From positions 14,820,001 to 14,884,000 of the forward strand of contig NC_087245.1 of assembly GCF_037042905.1 (NCBI RefSeq): DNA of 64,000 nucleotides, read 5' to 3'. Below are positions 1 through 9,884 of this stretch, piece by piece; positions within the stretch are counted from its first letter, which is position 1; the number at the start of each line of letters is the position of its first letter. The translations under genes were made by a program, and so were the position numbers. This DNA is from Lytechinus pictus (taxonomy: Eukaryota). The notes beneath the pieces were generated by a model. It did no database searches, had not been told where the DNA came from, and was given only the letters and a program-made list of their open reading frames with translations.

Positions 1-114
1 AATGCTCATAACTTTCTTATTATTCATTCAATCTTCCTCAAACTTTCAACAATATGTTTCTTTGATTTTTCTCTTTGATGTGGATTCAGCTGGTTTCAAG
101 GGTTTCATTCTCCT
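1..114. mobile_element. Right end of a TTAA-flanked palindromic MITE, truncated by the window edge
   Basis: 1-114 resembles 588-701, the right arm of the adjacent MITE. It ends ...TTCATTCTCCT followed by TTAA (115-118). Confidence 0.75.
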
Positions 115-117
115 TTA

Positions 118-701
118 AGGAGAATGAAACCTTTGGAACAAGATAGCTTGTGTGAAAATACAAAAATCAAAGAAACAGATCAACGAAAGTTTGAGAAAAA
201 TCGGACAAATAATGAGAAAGTTATGAGCATTTGAATATTGCGATTACTAATGCTATGGAGATCCTCAAATTGGCAATGCGACAAAGATGTGTGATGTCAC
301 TTGTGAACAACTCTCCCATTACTTTAGTATATATTTCACTTAAATTGCCTCTTTTATCACTTCTATCAGTAGATCATGTGTTCTTTCTATGGGAGGGCAT
401 GTAATACAGTATTTTAAAGAATACATCATGGATAAAGAGTTTGTATCCCCACAAGAAAAAGCAGAAAGAGACATTTTGAGGGTATTTCATAGTCCATCAA
501 AGGGAAAGTTGTTCACATGTGACATCACACATCCTTGTCGCATTGCCAATGGGAGGATCTCCATAGCATTAGTGATTGCAATATTCAAATGCTCATAACT
601 TTCTCATTATTTGTCCAATTTTTCTCAAACTTTCTTTGTTCTCATTCTTTGATTTTTCTGTTCCGACACAAGCCTACTTATTCCAAATGTTTCATTTTCC
701 T
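118..701. mobile_element. Long-TIR palindromic MITE with TTAA flanks (Kolobok/piggyBac-type target site)
   Basis: Arms of about 190 bp are imperfect reverse complements (GGAGAATGAAAC...GATGTGTGATGTCAC vs GTGACATCACACATC...GTTTCATTTTCCT). TTAA at 115-118 and 702-705. Confidence 0.8.
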
Positions 702-2347
702 TTAACTCAAATCACACAACACAAAGTGGGGCTGGTAAGCAAGAATTTGGAATGCTTCCAGACATGTTAGATACCCTCTACATATGACTCCATTATTGTT
801 GTGTTTTCACTACTTTCATTACACAGAAATAAATACAATGCTTTAGATAATGTCAAGGACAGTGCATACATCTTATACTGTAAAGATAATGGAATGTTCC
901 CATTACCTGCACAGTTTGCTGCAGTACCGAACCATTGTGCACAACCAAGCTAAACATCTCCCATAATGTACTATAGCTGTCAAAATGCTTGTTTTGTGTA
1001 AAGGCTGATTGCATGTTTGGTATAAACACATCTTGAGTAGCACAACATAATTTGTCATGCTGCATTGCAATGAAATGTTTTGCTCTACTCTTTTATAACG
1101 TTTTCCTGATAAGAGGCCCATTAGCTTGCACAAAACATCGCAAGGACCTCCCAATGGAACTAAAATCTGATCAAGGCATCCATTCATTTCCTCCAAACCG
1201 TGTAATTTGTGCTTTATGTTGACTATTTGCTGCAGCTTTACAGAACATCAAACAAGACACTAAGGTGCAGTTGGGCATGTGGAAAACAACATCACATGGA
1301 CATGGATAGAATGTTCTAGACACAACTCTTTTGTGTTCACTGGACAGGAACTCCTGTTCATGTTTTATTCCATGTTTACCAAGCGGTCCCCCATCGTGAG
1401 CTGTACACATTCAATCATGTTGAAGAAGTAGTTTATGAAAATTCTGACCACTTCAGAGGCCAAGACTGTTTCATAAAGCTCTTGGTACGTCATCTACAAG
1501 AGATCTTCCGAATGATTGGAATTATCAAGTGCCACAATATAAGCTCAATATTTGTAAGACCATTTTTCTACGGATGTGGATGATTTAACTAAGTGTGATA
1601 TATTTGAATGTTAGCCGTCTACATACTCTACAATGAAAAATTTAAATGTTAATCAATATATGTATATTTCAACTTTAGGTGAATACATGTAGGTTTTAAC
1701 TTGTTTGGCTTATTCTACACCATTCATTCGTTAAGTCAAACTTCACGAACAACTCGTCATAAATCCCCTGGATCGTGTGAACGGACCAGTTACAATGCAG
1801 CCCCATGGAGAATGCAATTTCCTCTCTCCATTCTACAAACCAGTTGAAAGGAGGGTTGGCGGTATCTTCAATTGGGGAAGGCATATGCTTTCTTTGTTCC
1901 TACATACTACATAATTCAATTCTACCTTTTCACTGCATAGGGGAGAGCCTAAATAAAAGATGTCTTATTATCAGGGCGGGAATATGACAACAATAGAAGC
2001 CACTCTCTTGAAAATTGTCATCATTTGATTGAAGATAGTGATGTGTGCTGTGATTCAAGTGCCTATGGATGTCTGATTGAATAGGACTGAATTATTCACA
2101 ACATAACCACTACACTGGGGAATTTTATTTTGGGAAATAATGAGCAGTTCTTTGCATCCTAAACAATCTGAGATAATTTTTTTTGTCAATATTTTGAAGA
2201 GAATATATGAGAGAGAAAAAAACAATGACAAACTGGTAGTAGTGCATTGAATGGTTTGTTCATTATAAGAATTAAAAAAAAACTTTGTCAGTCTAATGAT
2301 ACTTTGTTAGCTCTCATCAGAATATCATATGAAATATGAGCACTTAC

Positions 2348-2389
2348 TGCTTCATCATGAGTTGCTCTTTCTATTGAAAGTCCATTGAC
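2348..2389 (-). CDS. SNTG1: Gamma-syntrophin-like exon (PDZ: VNGLSIERATHDEA)
   Basis: Minus strand cacag|GTC AAT GGA ... GAA GCA|gtaagt. 42 nt, phase 0/0. Continues the PDZ domain after GDAILK. Confidence 0.85.
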
Positions 2390-2584
2390 CTGTGTGAATA
2401 GACAAAAAAAGGGGGGTGAAAAAAAGATAAGGATTAAAAATGAAATAGAGAAGGAAATGAGGAAGAGGAGTAGGGGTAGGAGGGGGAGGAGGTAGTAAAA
2501 GTAGATATATTCCTCTCCATGAAACCAGATACATTCTGAAAATGTTCAACGTCATTTATAAAACATTTAAGAATTGTATTCTAT

Positions 2585-2818
2585 AAAAGGTAATGATCAT
2601 TTTCAGTGATCAGTAAATTTTTGAGAGAAACAAGTGTTAGGTTCATAGAGGAATATAATGTGTAAAACTCCAAATCGATACAGATTGTGCATGTGATCAC
2701 TAACCGGATAACATGTGATCTAATCACAGCGGGAAACATGTGCGTTGTGGAATATACTAGTAACGTGTGCACGTAATAAAGCCATTGCAGTCTGAAATTC
2801 CTTCGAGGCAACAAATTT
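2585..2818 (+). repeat. Split direct repeat A1 (234 bp)
   Basis: Identical by eye to 7190-7423 (AAAAGGTAATGATC...GGCAACAAATTT). The ORF track gives the same minus-strand translation for both copies. Confidence 0.95.
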
Positions 2819-2915
2819 ATTAGGAGGTCGCAACGTTTTTGTTTTCCCCAATGACGGAATAGCGATATTTGTCTTCTATTTTAGTCATTCCATAATCGAA
2901 CAGAATCGGAAAACA

Positions 2916-4130
2916 ATGGGGAAGAGGAGAAAGGCCACCACTGAACCGGCTCAGACGCGTTCTCGGGCAAAACGAGGTAGAAGTCGAGGCACCCGCCAGA
3001 CAAAAACGACAGCTGCCTCACACGCAACTCGGACGGTAGCTCCACCGGGAAGCGGTAGGCCTACGAGTACGACGGGAAATGAGCCCGGACAAGCCCCCGC
3101 AGCCACTGCAGTAGGAGCAGCGCCAGAACCCATTGACGTTGAGCAGGGTCGTTCATCCGGCCGTTCACCCAGCCGTCCAGCTAATAAGAGGCCAGCAGCT
3201 TCACAAGGGCCTGTGCTGCAATTACCATCCACTCAGGGTCAGACTCAGAGTTGTCCCAGGCCCAGCACTAGTAATAATACCGCAGGTGAGCCTTCTCGAC
3301 CTGAATACATGTCAGTACAAATACAAGATCATACAGATTCGTTCTACGTACCTGGCCATACTAATAATAACATTACAGGTCACGAATCGCACAATATTAG
3401 AGAACGAAGTCAGTCTGGGATGGTACGAGAGACCCCATTCACATCATCCTTCCCCGCAATTGTACCTCCTAGTGTTCAGATAAGAACTGACCTAACTCAA
3501 AATTCACACTGTGTCCATGATAATGAGGCCACAGGGCCAAATAACCAAACCATAATCAATACAGAACGTAGACCTAACACAGAGAACATGAATAGAGGCT
3601 ATCACCACCCTCACCATTCCCCGTTAAACCCTGTAGGTGACACACTGGGTGTATCTATTCCCCAAAGCATAAAAGAAAAGATTTGGAAGGGGGAGTATGT
3701 GAATCTAAATCTGTTAGTTAACGCCCAAGATGTAGCCTCCCACACACTGCGCGAAGCAGCAGAACAGAGAACTAATCTGGCAATAGCCGAGGAGGAAGGA
3801 AAATGGGTGTTAAAGCCCTACAATGCCCCCTCCAAAAACAAAATCATGTCCATTGAAATTTGGACAAATGCCTTCCTAATATACATGAGCGTCTATCTGG
3901 CAGCAAATCCACGACACACTCATGAAATTCTGAAGTACTGTCACCTCATTCGTTCTGCTGCTTCACGCTACTACGGATATGGTTGGAGGGACTACGATAT
4001 AGAATTTCGGCACCGATTTCATGCCACAGGGGGTTCCTGGGCGGAGATAAACGGGGAGTTGTGGCTCCTCCACGTAGTAGGGGGTGGTGTTCGGCAAGGG
4101 GCCCTGCCCCCATTCATCAACAGTGGGTAA
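2916..4130 (+). CDS. Gag-like ORF1 of the YR retrotransposon (404 aa)
   Basis: Basic, low-complexity N-terminus (MGKRRK...RSRAKRGRSR). The C-terminal block IKEKIWKGEYVNL...IEIWTNAFLIY...YGWRDYDIEFR...W...ELW resembles DIRS/Ngaro ORF1. Lies directly after A1. Confidence 0.8.
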   Translation: MGKRRKATTEPAQTRSRAKRGRSRGTRQTKTTAASHATRTVAPPGSGRPTSTTGNEPGQAPAATAVGAAPEPIDVEQGRSSGRSPSRPANKRPAASQGPVLQLPSTQGQTQSCPRPSTSNNTAGEPSRPEYMSVQIQDHTDSFYVPGHTNNNITGHESHNIRERSQSGMVRETPFTSSFPAIVPPSVQIRTDLTQNSHCVHDNEATGPNNQTIINTERRPNTENMNRGYHHPHHSPLNPVGDTLGVSIPQSIKEKIWKGEYVNLNLLVNAQDVASHTLREAAEQRTNLAIAEEEGKWVLKPYNAPSKNKIMSIEIWTNAFLIYMSVYLAANPRHTHEILKYCHLIRSAASRYYGYGWRDYDIEFRHRFHATGGSWAEINGELWLLHVVGGGVRQGALPPFINSG

Positions 4131-4160
4131 ACAAAGAGGGCAAACGCCCAGGCGTGCCGG

Positions 4161-4687
4161 CTGCAAATCTCGAGGTATGAGTCAATGTTTCAAGCAGCAT
4201 TTTGTTGGCTTTCTTTGGCTTCTTGAGGGTTGGATAATTCACGGTTCAGAGTCAGAGTGATGATGGGAGGAAGATATTGGCTATAGATGATATCCAATGG
4301 GGTCAGGAAGAAAATTCACAATTCATGTTGGTACAGATTAGATTTTCAAAGACAGACCAATACGGGAGGGGTACCACGCTTAAAATCAAAGAAAATAAGA
4401 CAGAGGGCACATGCCCTGTCAAGGCTATGGAGACGTACTTACGGGTACGGCCTAAAGGGAGAGGGCCACTTTTCTGCTATATGAATGGCTCCCCCCTTTC
4501 CAGGTATCAGTTCAATGCAGTATTGAAGAAGGCACTGTTTGTGTCGGGGGTCGGGGGTAACCAATATGGAACACACTCCTTTCGCATTGGGGCAGCCACA
4601 ATGGCAGCCCTAAAGGGTATACCTCCCGAGCAAATTATGACCATGGGTAGATGGCGTAGTGATGCCTATCTACGTTACATAAGGTGA
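4161..4687 (+). pseudogene. Tyrosine recombinase C-terminal catalytic domain, N-terminally truncated, with a frameshift and a premature stop
   Basis: YESMFQAAF, then a 1-nt shift at the T-run 4200-4203, then LLAFFGFLRVG*FT (TAA at 4235-4237 where E is usual). Then SKTDQ, CPV, HSFRIGAAT and GRWRSDAYLRYIR, giving the R-K-HxxR-W-Y catalytic set. Confidence 0.9.
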
Positions 4688-5251
4688 CCTATTGCGACAT
4701 TGTACCACAGCTAACTATGTGGGAAGGTTATGTAAGCTATGGGCAAACAATTATGGATGGTTCCTGTGGTTACTACTCAGGAAGCATACTTATAATTCGC
4801 TATACTTGGTCGCAGTTTCATCCACGTATTATTACATTTATTCATAACTATACAATAATAATAAAGGTAGAATCCAGTTAGCCGAGTAGTGGGTTTCTAC
4901 ATGGGGAGCACATTTGTAATTTGTCTAAACATGTATGTAAGCAGAAGTAACACAATAATAATAAAGATATATCTAGCCGGCTAATAACAATGTAGACAAT
5001 TGGATACTGCATAGGGTGCATATTTGTAATTACCCTTTGCGTGTGAACGGATATCCAAGTTCATGATGACAATAATGAGTAATAATTCAATATTCATATA
5101 GTGCCTTTTAAACTTTCTCAAAGCTCTTTACATAATACATCCTAACCTACTTATCAACTTAACTACAATCAGTTGTCAAAGTACAATAACAGAGATAATA
5201 GCCAATCAGCTATAAATGTAATATGACAAGAAAGATGTCAGTGCACTGGGC

Positions 5252-5887
5252 ATGTGTACATGTGTAGAACATGTTACTTCCGGGAACTCTCATTTTTTTA
5301 TTGCAGAGGGGACTGGAAACTGGATCTGGATTGTAGGGGATAGCCTGGTCAGAAGAGCAAAAGAACGAGCTTCACAACGCAACTATCAGCAATTTGGAGA
5401 GCGAGGTATCGTGGTCCGCTGGCATGGGCAAGGCGGCACCACGCTCCAGGATCTCCCCAGGATGGTCTCTAACCGGCTGAGATGCGGCACTCCTCCTGCA
5501 TTAGCTATTGTCCACTTAGGATCAAATGACATCGGACAGTATGATGTCTGCCGGTGCAGGATGGCAATTGACACAGCCATCCAAGATCTACGCACGAGAA
5601 TGCCGCACACCCATATCACCTGGTCTGGTATTTTACCGCGGCTCTTCTACTATGGTCGCAAGCAAGGCTCTAATTCACAGGAGGCCTTGGATGGAGTTCG
5701 TAAGTCTCTTAACAAATACGCTAGGAGGAAACTAGCCAGGATGTCGGATACCACCATCATCAAACATGAATTTGACCCCACAATCCACAGCCTCTTCAAT
5801 AGAGATAGAGTGCACCTCTCTGATTCGGGTTCAGACATTCTCATTGACAGTTTCAGAACTGCAGCAAGGGAAGCAGGATTTGTTTAG
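5252..5887 (+). CDS. SGNH/GDSL hydrolase (esterase) of the retrotransposon; true start probably the splice acceptor at 5306/5307
   Basis: Block I IWIVGDSL, block II HGQGG, block III IVHLGSNDI, block V DRVH. The Ser/Asp/His triad is intact and there are no stops. Confidence 0.88.
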   Translation: MCTCVEHVTSGNSHFFIAEGTGNWIWIVGDSLVRRAKERASQRNYQQFGERGIVVRWHGQGGTTLQDLPRMVSNRLRCGTPPALAIVHLGSNDIGQYDVCRCRMAIDTAIQDLRTRMPHTHITWSGILPRLFYYGRKQGSNSQEALDGVRKSLNKYARRKLARMSDTTIIKHEFDPTIHSLFNRDRVHLSDSGSDILIDSFRTAAREAGFV

Positions 5888-6810
5888 ATATGGAGAGGAG
5901 AGGAGCTTGAGAAACATTTTGGGAACTCGAGGCTTCTGGCAAGGTTTTTTTTTTTTGTAATGTATCTTAGTGTTATTACGTTTATTGTTTCTAGTCGTTT
6001 ATGTACATACTTCATTTTACGGGCTTTGTGAAGGGCACCGTCGACAGTACTACCTTGCCATTATCAATAATGATATGCACGTGTCTGGATTGAGGATAAT
6101 AACACTTGGAAGTAAAAAGAAAGAAAGAACAACTGAATAGAATGAATAGATAGACGAACAATTCTTTTTTATTCTTCATATTTTAGGGGTGAGAAGCAGG
6201 GACTGCACGGGAGAGTGTATAGGTCAATTATGACAAACCAATTCTTTCGAATGAATCAGCTTGGTAAAGCTTATTAAGTTTATTGTAGTAGTACAATACA
6301 TTATTTACTCTTGGAATTGCTTAGTTGATCAGAAATCGCAAGACGGGGCTGTCCCTGTGGTGACGTGCATAAATTTGAGAACCGAAAACGAACTGGGAAA
6401 GAAAGGACGATAATTAAGACAGGAGAGCAAAATATACTGTTTTGTTTATACTCTTTGAAAGGATACTGATGGTCTTTGGAAGGTTTTGCTGTAAGGGCTA
6501 CATGATAATGTTTGTAAATGGTGTGTAATACTAATGCCTTATCCAGGCCATTGTGCTCAGTATCCTCCATCTTATATGCATTTAGTCCTGAGATGATTAT
6601 ATCAACTAGAAGTTGCTTTAGTTTACCCTAGAAAGAACGTCCTTTTATAGGCATTTTGCATCTATTCATGTGAGGTTAAGTGTTTAATGCAGCTCCATGC
6701 CAATATATTAGGTAGCTTTATTTGCAAGCATGACAAGTTCATGTATGCTCCAGAATCATGCGACTTATGACGGGGCAAAAAAAAAAAAAAAAAAAATTAT
6801 TAATTGGGTG

Positions 6811-7193
6811 GAAGGTTTTTGTTCAGAAACAATTTGTTTGAAACCTGACAGATCACCAATATTGATATCAAAGTATATGCTCCAAAGATGTTGTTTACCA
6901 AGATTTAGGGAAACACCCGTGGGAACTACTATCCTGCGGGTGGGTCACGTGATCAACAGTCCCAGGGAGGAGTTACTACCCTTCCTGGCGATCACGTGAC
7001 CATATCTTTCAGTAAGATTAATAGGATGCCACAGATGTAGTTTTTCGTTATGTCTTACGACATTGTTCAGACTGTTTTGAGGTTTATCACCTCTTATGTT
7101 ATTTAGGCATATTGCCTCTGTGTTTTGATGCCTCGTACGGAATTAAACGGCGAGCAATGGCATATCATTTGTCCACGTGTTTTCTTCTCAAAA
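6811..7193 (+). repeat. Split direct repeat B1 (383 bp)
   Basis: Identical by eye to 8309-8691 (GAAGGTTTTTGTTCAG...TTTCTTCTCAAAA). Confidence 0.95.
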
Positions 7194-7423
7194 GGTAATG
7201 ATCATTTTCAGTGATCAGTAAATTTTTGAGAGAAACAAGTGTTAGGTTCATAGAGGAATATAATGTGTAAAACTCCAAATCGATACAGATTGTGCATGTG
7301 ATCACTAACCGGATAACATGTGATCTAATCACAGCGGGAAACATGTGCGTTGTGGAATATACTAGTAACGTGTGCACGTAATAAAGCCATTGCAGTCTGA
7401 AATTCCTTCGAGGCAACAAATTT
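7190..7423 (+). repeat. Split direct repeat A2
   Basis: Copy of A1. Overlaps B1 by AAAA (7190-7193). Confidence 0.95.
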
Positions 7424-7680
7424 TTCCCCTCCACTCCCACCCAGGTACATTGGTAATATATTATCGGGATGGGAGGACCTGGCGTCAATACAGAATTTAG
7501 TCACGGGATCGTTAAGGAGGTTGCATATTTCTGAGGCAATGCAGTGTAGCGGTGACTTTAGCACATATGTTACCATACAAGCTGATATCTTAGTCCATGC
7601 GTAGAGCTGAATTACTGTTGAGAATTACCGTGTGTAGGACATTTTGTGTATCACGATTTATGATATTCTTATTAAACATC

Positions 7681-7935
7681 TCATGGTTGGGAGGTTGGGC
7701 AGAGTTACGACAGTAGATCAGCATGGTTGGTAGGTTGGAAAGACATGGATTTCTGCATTAAGGCTGGGAGGTTGGGCAGAATTTAGACAGTCAGTCATCA
7801 TGGTTGGGAGGTTGGGCAGAGTTACGACAGTAGATCAGCATGGTTGGTAGGTTGGAAAGACATTGATTTCTGCATTAAGGCTGGGAGGTTGGGCAGAATT
7901 TAGACAGTCATTCATCATGGTTGGGAGGTTGGGAG
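7681..7935 (+). repeat. G-rich tandem repeat, 117-bp period (three sub-units of about 39 bp), in the A2-B2 spacer
   Basis: TCATGGTTGGGAGGTTGGG starts at 7681, 7798 and 7915. Confidence 0.9.
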
Positions 7936-8308
7936 AGATATTGAATTATTTTATGATTTTATGTTTTAGATTAGGAACAAGGACATCTGGAGGTAACTTA
8001 TTGGCCTGCATAAGGTTGGAAGGTTGGGCAGGGCACTTACGAGTTTATCAAGAAGGCAGATATACAACATTGTTGAATAGATGGCCATAGGATAGAGGTA
8101 TACTTTTATATGTCATACATATTATATTCTCAGGTTTAAAGAAGTCCACTGTCCAGATAGTCATATTAAAGTGACTATGCCTACAATATGGCTGGGAGGT
8201 TGGGTAGGACTTAAGGACAGGCAGCATAGAGCATTATATGGCTAATTATGACTTTTATATGTAAATGGTAAGGAGGAGCATGTCATGATACATTGCTTTA
8301 GAAGTGTA

Positions 8309-8691
8309 GAAGGTTTTTGTTCAGAAACAATTTGTTTGAAACCTGACAGATCACCAATATTGATATCAAAGTATATGCTCCAAAGATGTTGTTTACCAAG
8401 ATTTAGGGAAACACCCGTGGGAACTACTATCCTGCGGGTGGGTCACGTGATCAACAGTCCCAGGGAGGAGTTACTACCCTTCCTGGCGATCACGTGACCA
8501 TATCTTTCAGTAAGATTAATAGGATGCCACAGATGTAGTTTTTCGTTATGTCTTACGACATTGTTCAGACTGTTTTGAGGTTTATCACCTCTTATGTTAT
8601 TTAGGCATATTGCCTCTGTGTTTTGATGCCTCGTACGGAATTAAACGGCGAGCAATGGCATATCATTTGTCCACGTGTTTTCTTCTCAAAA
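8309..8691 (+). repeat. Split direct repeat B2 (right terminus)
   Basis: Copy of B1. Followed by the unique flank TATGTTCAT. Confidence 0.95.
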
Positions 8692-9183
8692 TATGTTCAT
8701 AACTATATTGACATGGGCATCATTATCTCAATATATTTTTACTTATTCAATGCTACTGATAATTGCTACAACTGCTACAAGTGCTGTAAGAATTTGATAA
8801 AACAATTAGAAGATTTAGAAATTTTTCTAGTGCGCTGTATACACATCTGAAAGATTTATATACTCCCATTTTCCAATATACTGCAAGTCTAAAAATGATT
8901 TCAAATGGATATTTACCCCTTTGGGACTTTCCTCATTTATCAGACCCATTCAGTATTTTAGTACGGTACTAAACATTATTTTAAAACTGCATTTCCATTA
9001 CAATAATGAAAGCTATATTGGAAATAAGGATAACAAAAACTCATGTGTAGCAAAATTACTCAATAAGAATATTTAAAAAAAATATTTTTTCACATCGAGA
9101 GTCTTAACATCTAGATCAAAATTTGATAATAGTATTTTCAACAGACCCTAGCCTGAGACAAATGCTAAATGAGTTAAACTTAC

Positions 9184-9227
9184 CTTTAAAATTGCATCAC
9201 CAACATATAGTTCACCGGTCTGATCAG
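9184..9227 (-). CDS. SNTG1: Gamma-syntrophin-like exon (PDZ: (A)DQTGELYVGDAILK)
   Basis: ttttcccccag|CT GAT CAG ... TTA AAG|gtaagt. 44 nt, phase 1/0. Confidence 0.9.
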
Positions 9228-9826
9228 CTGGGGGAAAAGGCATAAAGGTAGGAAATATTTAAGTTTCAGATGAAACACATTACAAATTGGAAATAATCAT
9301 TTTACTTAAAAAAACATGCGTAAGCAGGCATGTCTGCTTCTGATATAAAAATCCACTGGAATACATCTCCATTTTTTTTTTTTTTAAATGAACACCTCAA
9401 TACATAGGATACCATCCCTTTCAGAGAATTGATCTGAACATACACCTGTATCACATTAAGACAACAGCACAGCAACGAACCTCAACAGCATTTTATGTAC
9501 AAACTAAATGGGACATGAGGTATTTAAAAAATGTTGCACGATATTTTTATGTCAAAGGTACACAAAACAAATTGTGAACCAATCAACTTATTTAAAAAGA
9601 GATAAGTTCTGATATTTCTCCTATATAAATGAATCATGACCTCATAACACAGTATTGATCATGATGATGTTTTCAGTTCACCCAAGTAACATTTCTTTTA
9701 GACTTCAAGCATGAAGAGCATGAGTATTAGAATAAGAGGGGCAATTCATCTCACCAAGTCTCAACACTATGACAAAGATGCTAATTAAAATGAAAGATTT
9801 TATTTTTTCTTTCTTTTTGTATATAC

Positions 9827-9884
9827 CTGCTTGGTCTTTGAATATCCTTGATACAAGAATGGGTATATTGTGCTCTGCTCCTCC
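9827..9884 (-). CDS. SNTG1: Gamma-syntrophin-like exon (PDZ: GGAEHNIPILVSRIFKDQA)
   Basis: tattag|GGA GGA GCA GAG CAC ... CAA GCA G|gtatat. 58 nt, phase 0/1. GGAEHNIP is the gamma-syntrophin PDZ signature. Confidence 0.9.

Larger units (their letters stand above)
2585..8691 (+). mobile_element. Ngaro-type (DIRS order) tyrosine-recombinase retrotransposon with split direct repeats; internally deleted (no RT/RNase H)
   Basis: Order: A1 (2585-2818), gag-like ORF1, YR remnant, SGNH ORF, B1 (6811-7193), A2 (7190-7423), spacer, B2 (8309-8691). No conventional target-site duplication; shared AAAA core at the junctions. Confidence 0.92.

Noticed and set aside
4679..4690. Possible splice donor AAG|GTGACC overlapping the YR stop codon, which could give a YR-SGNH fusion
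   Set aside because: It is phase 2, while the SGNH acceptor is phase 1, and it matches the donor consensus less well.
4852..5030. Diverged ~100-bp duplication (ACAATAATAATAAAG...TTTGTAAT) between YR and SGNH
   Set aside because: Only two degenerate AT-rich copies, so no function can be supported.
6777..6796. A20 tract before B1 as the poly(A) tail of a captured retrocopy (SGNH cargo)
   Set aside because: No TSD or adjacent polyadenylation signal was seen, and long homopolymers are common throughout this window.
7681..8206. CRISPR-like repeat-spacer array
   Set aside because: Eukaryotic context, the 'spacers' are themselves duplicated, and there are no cas genes.
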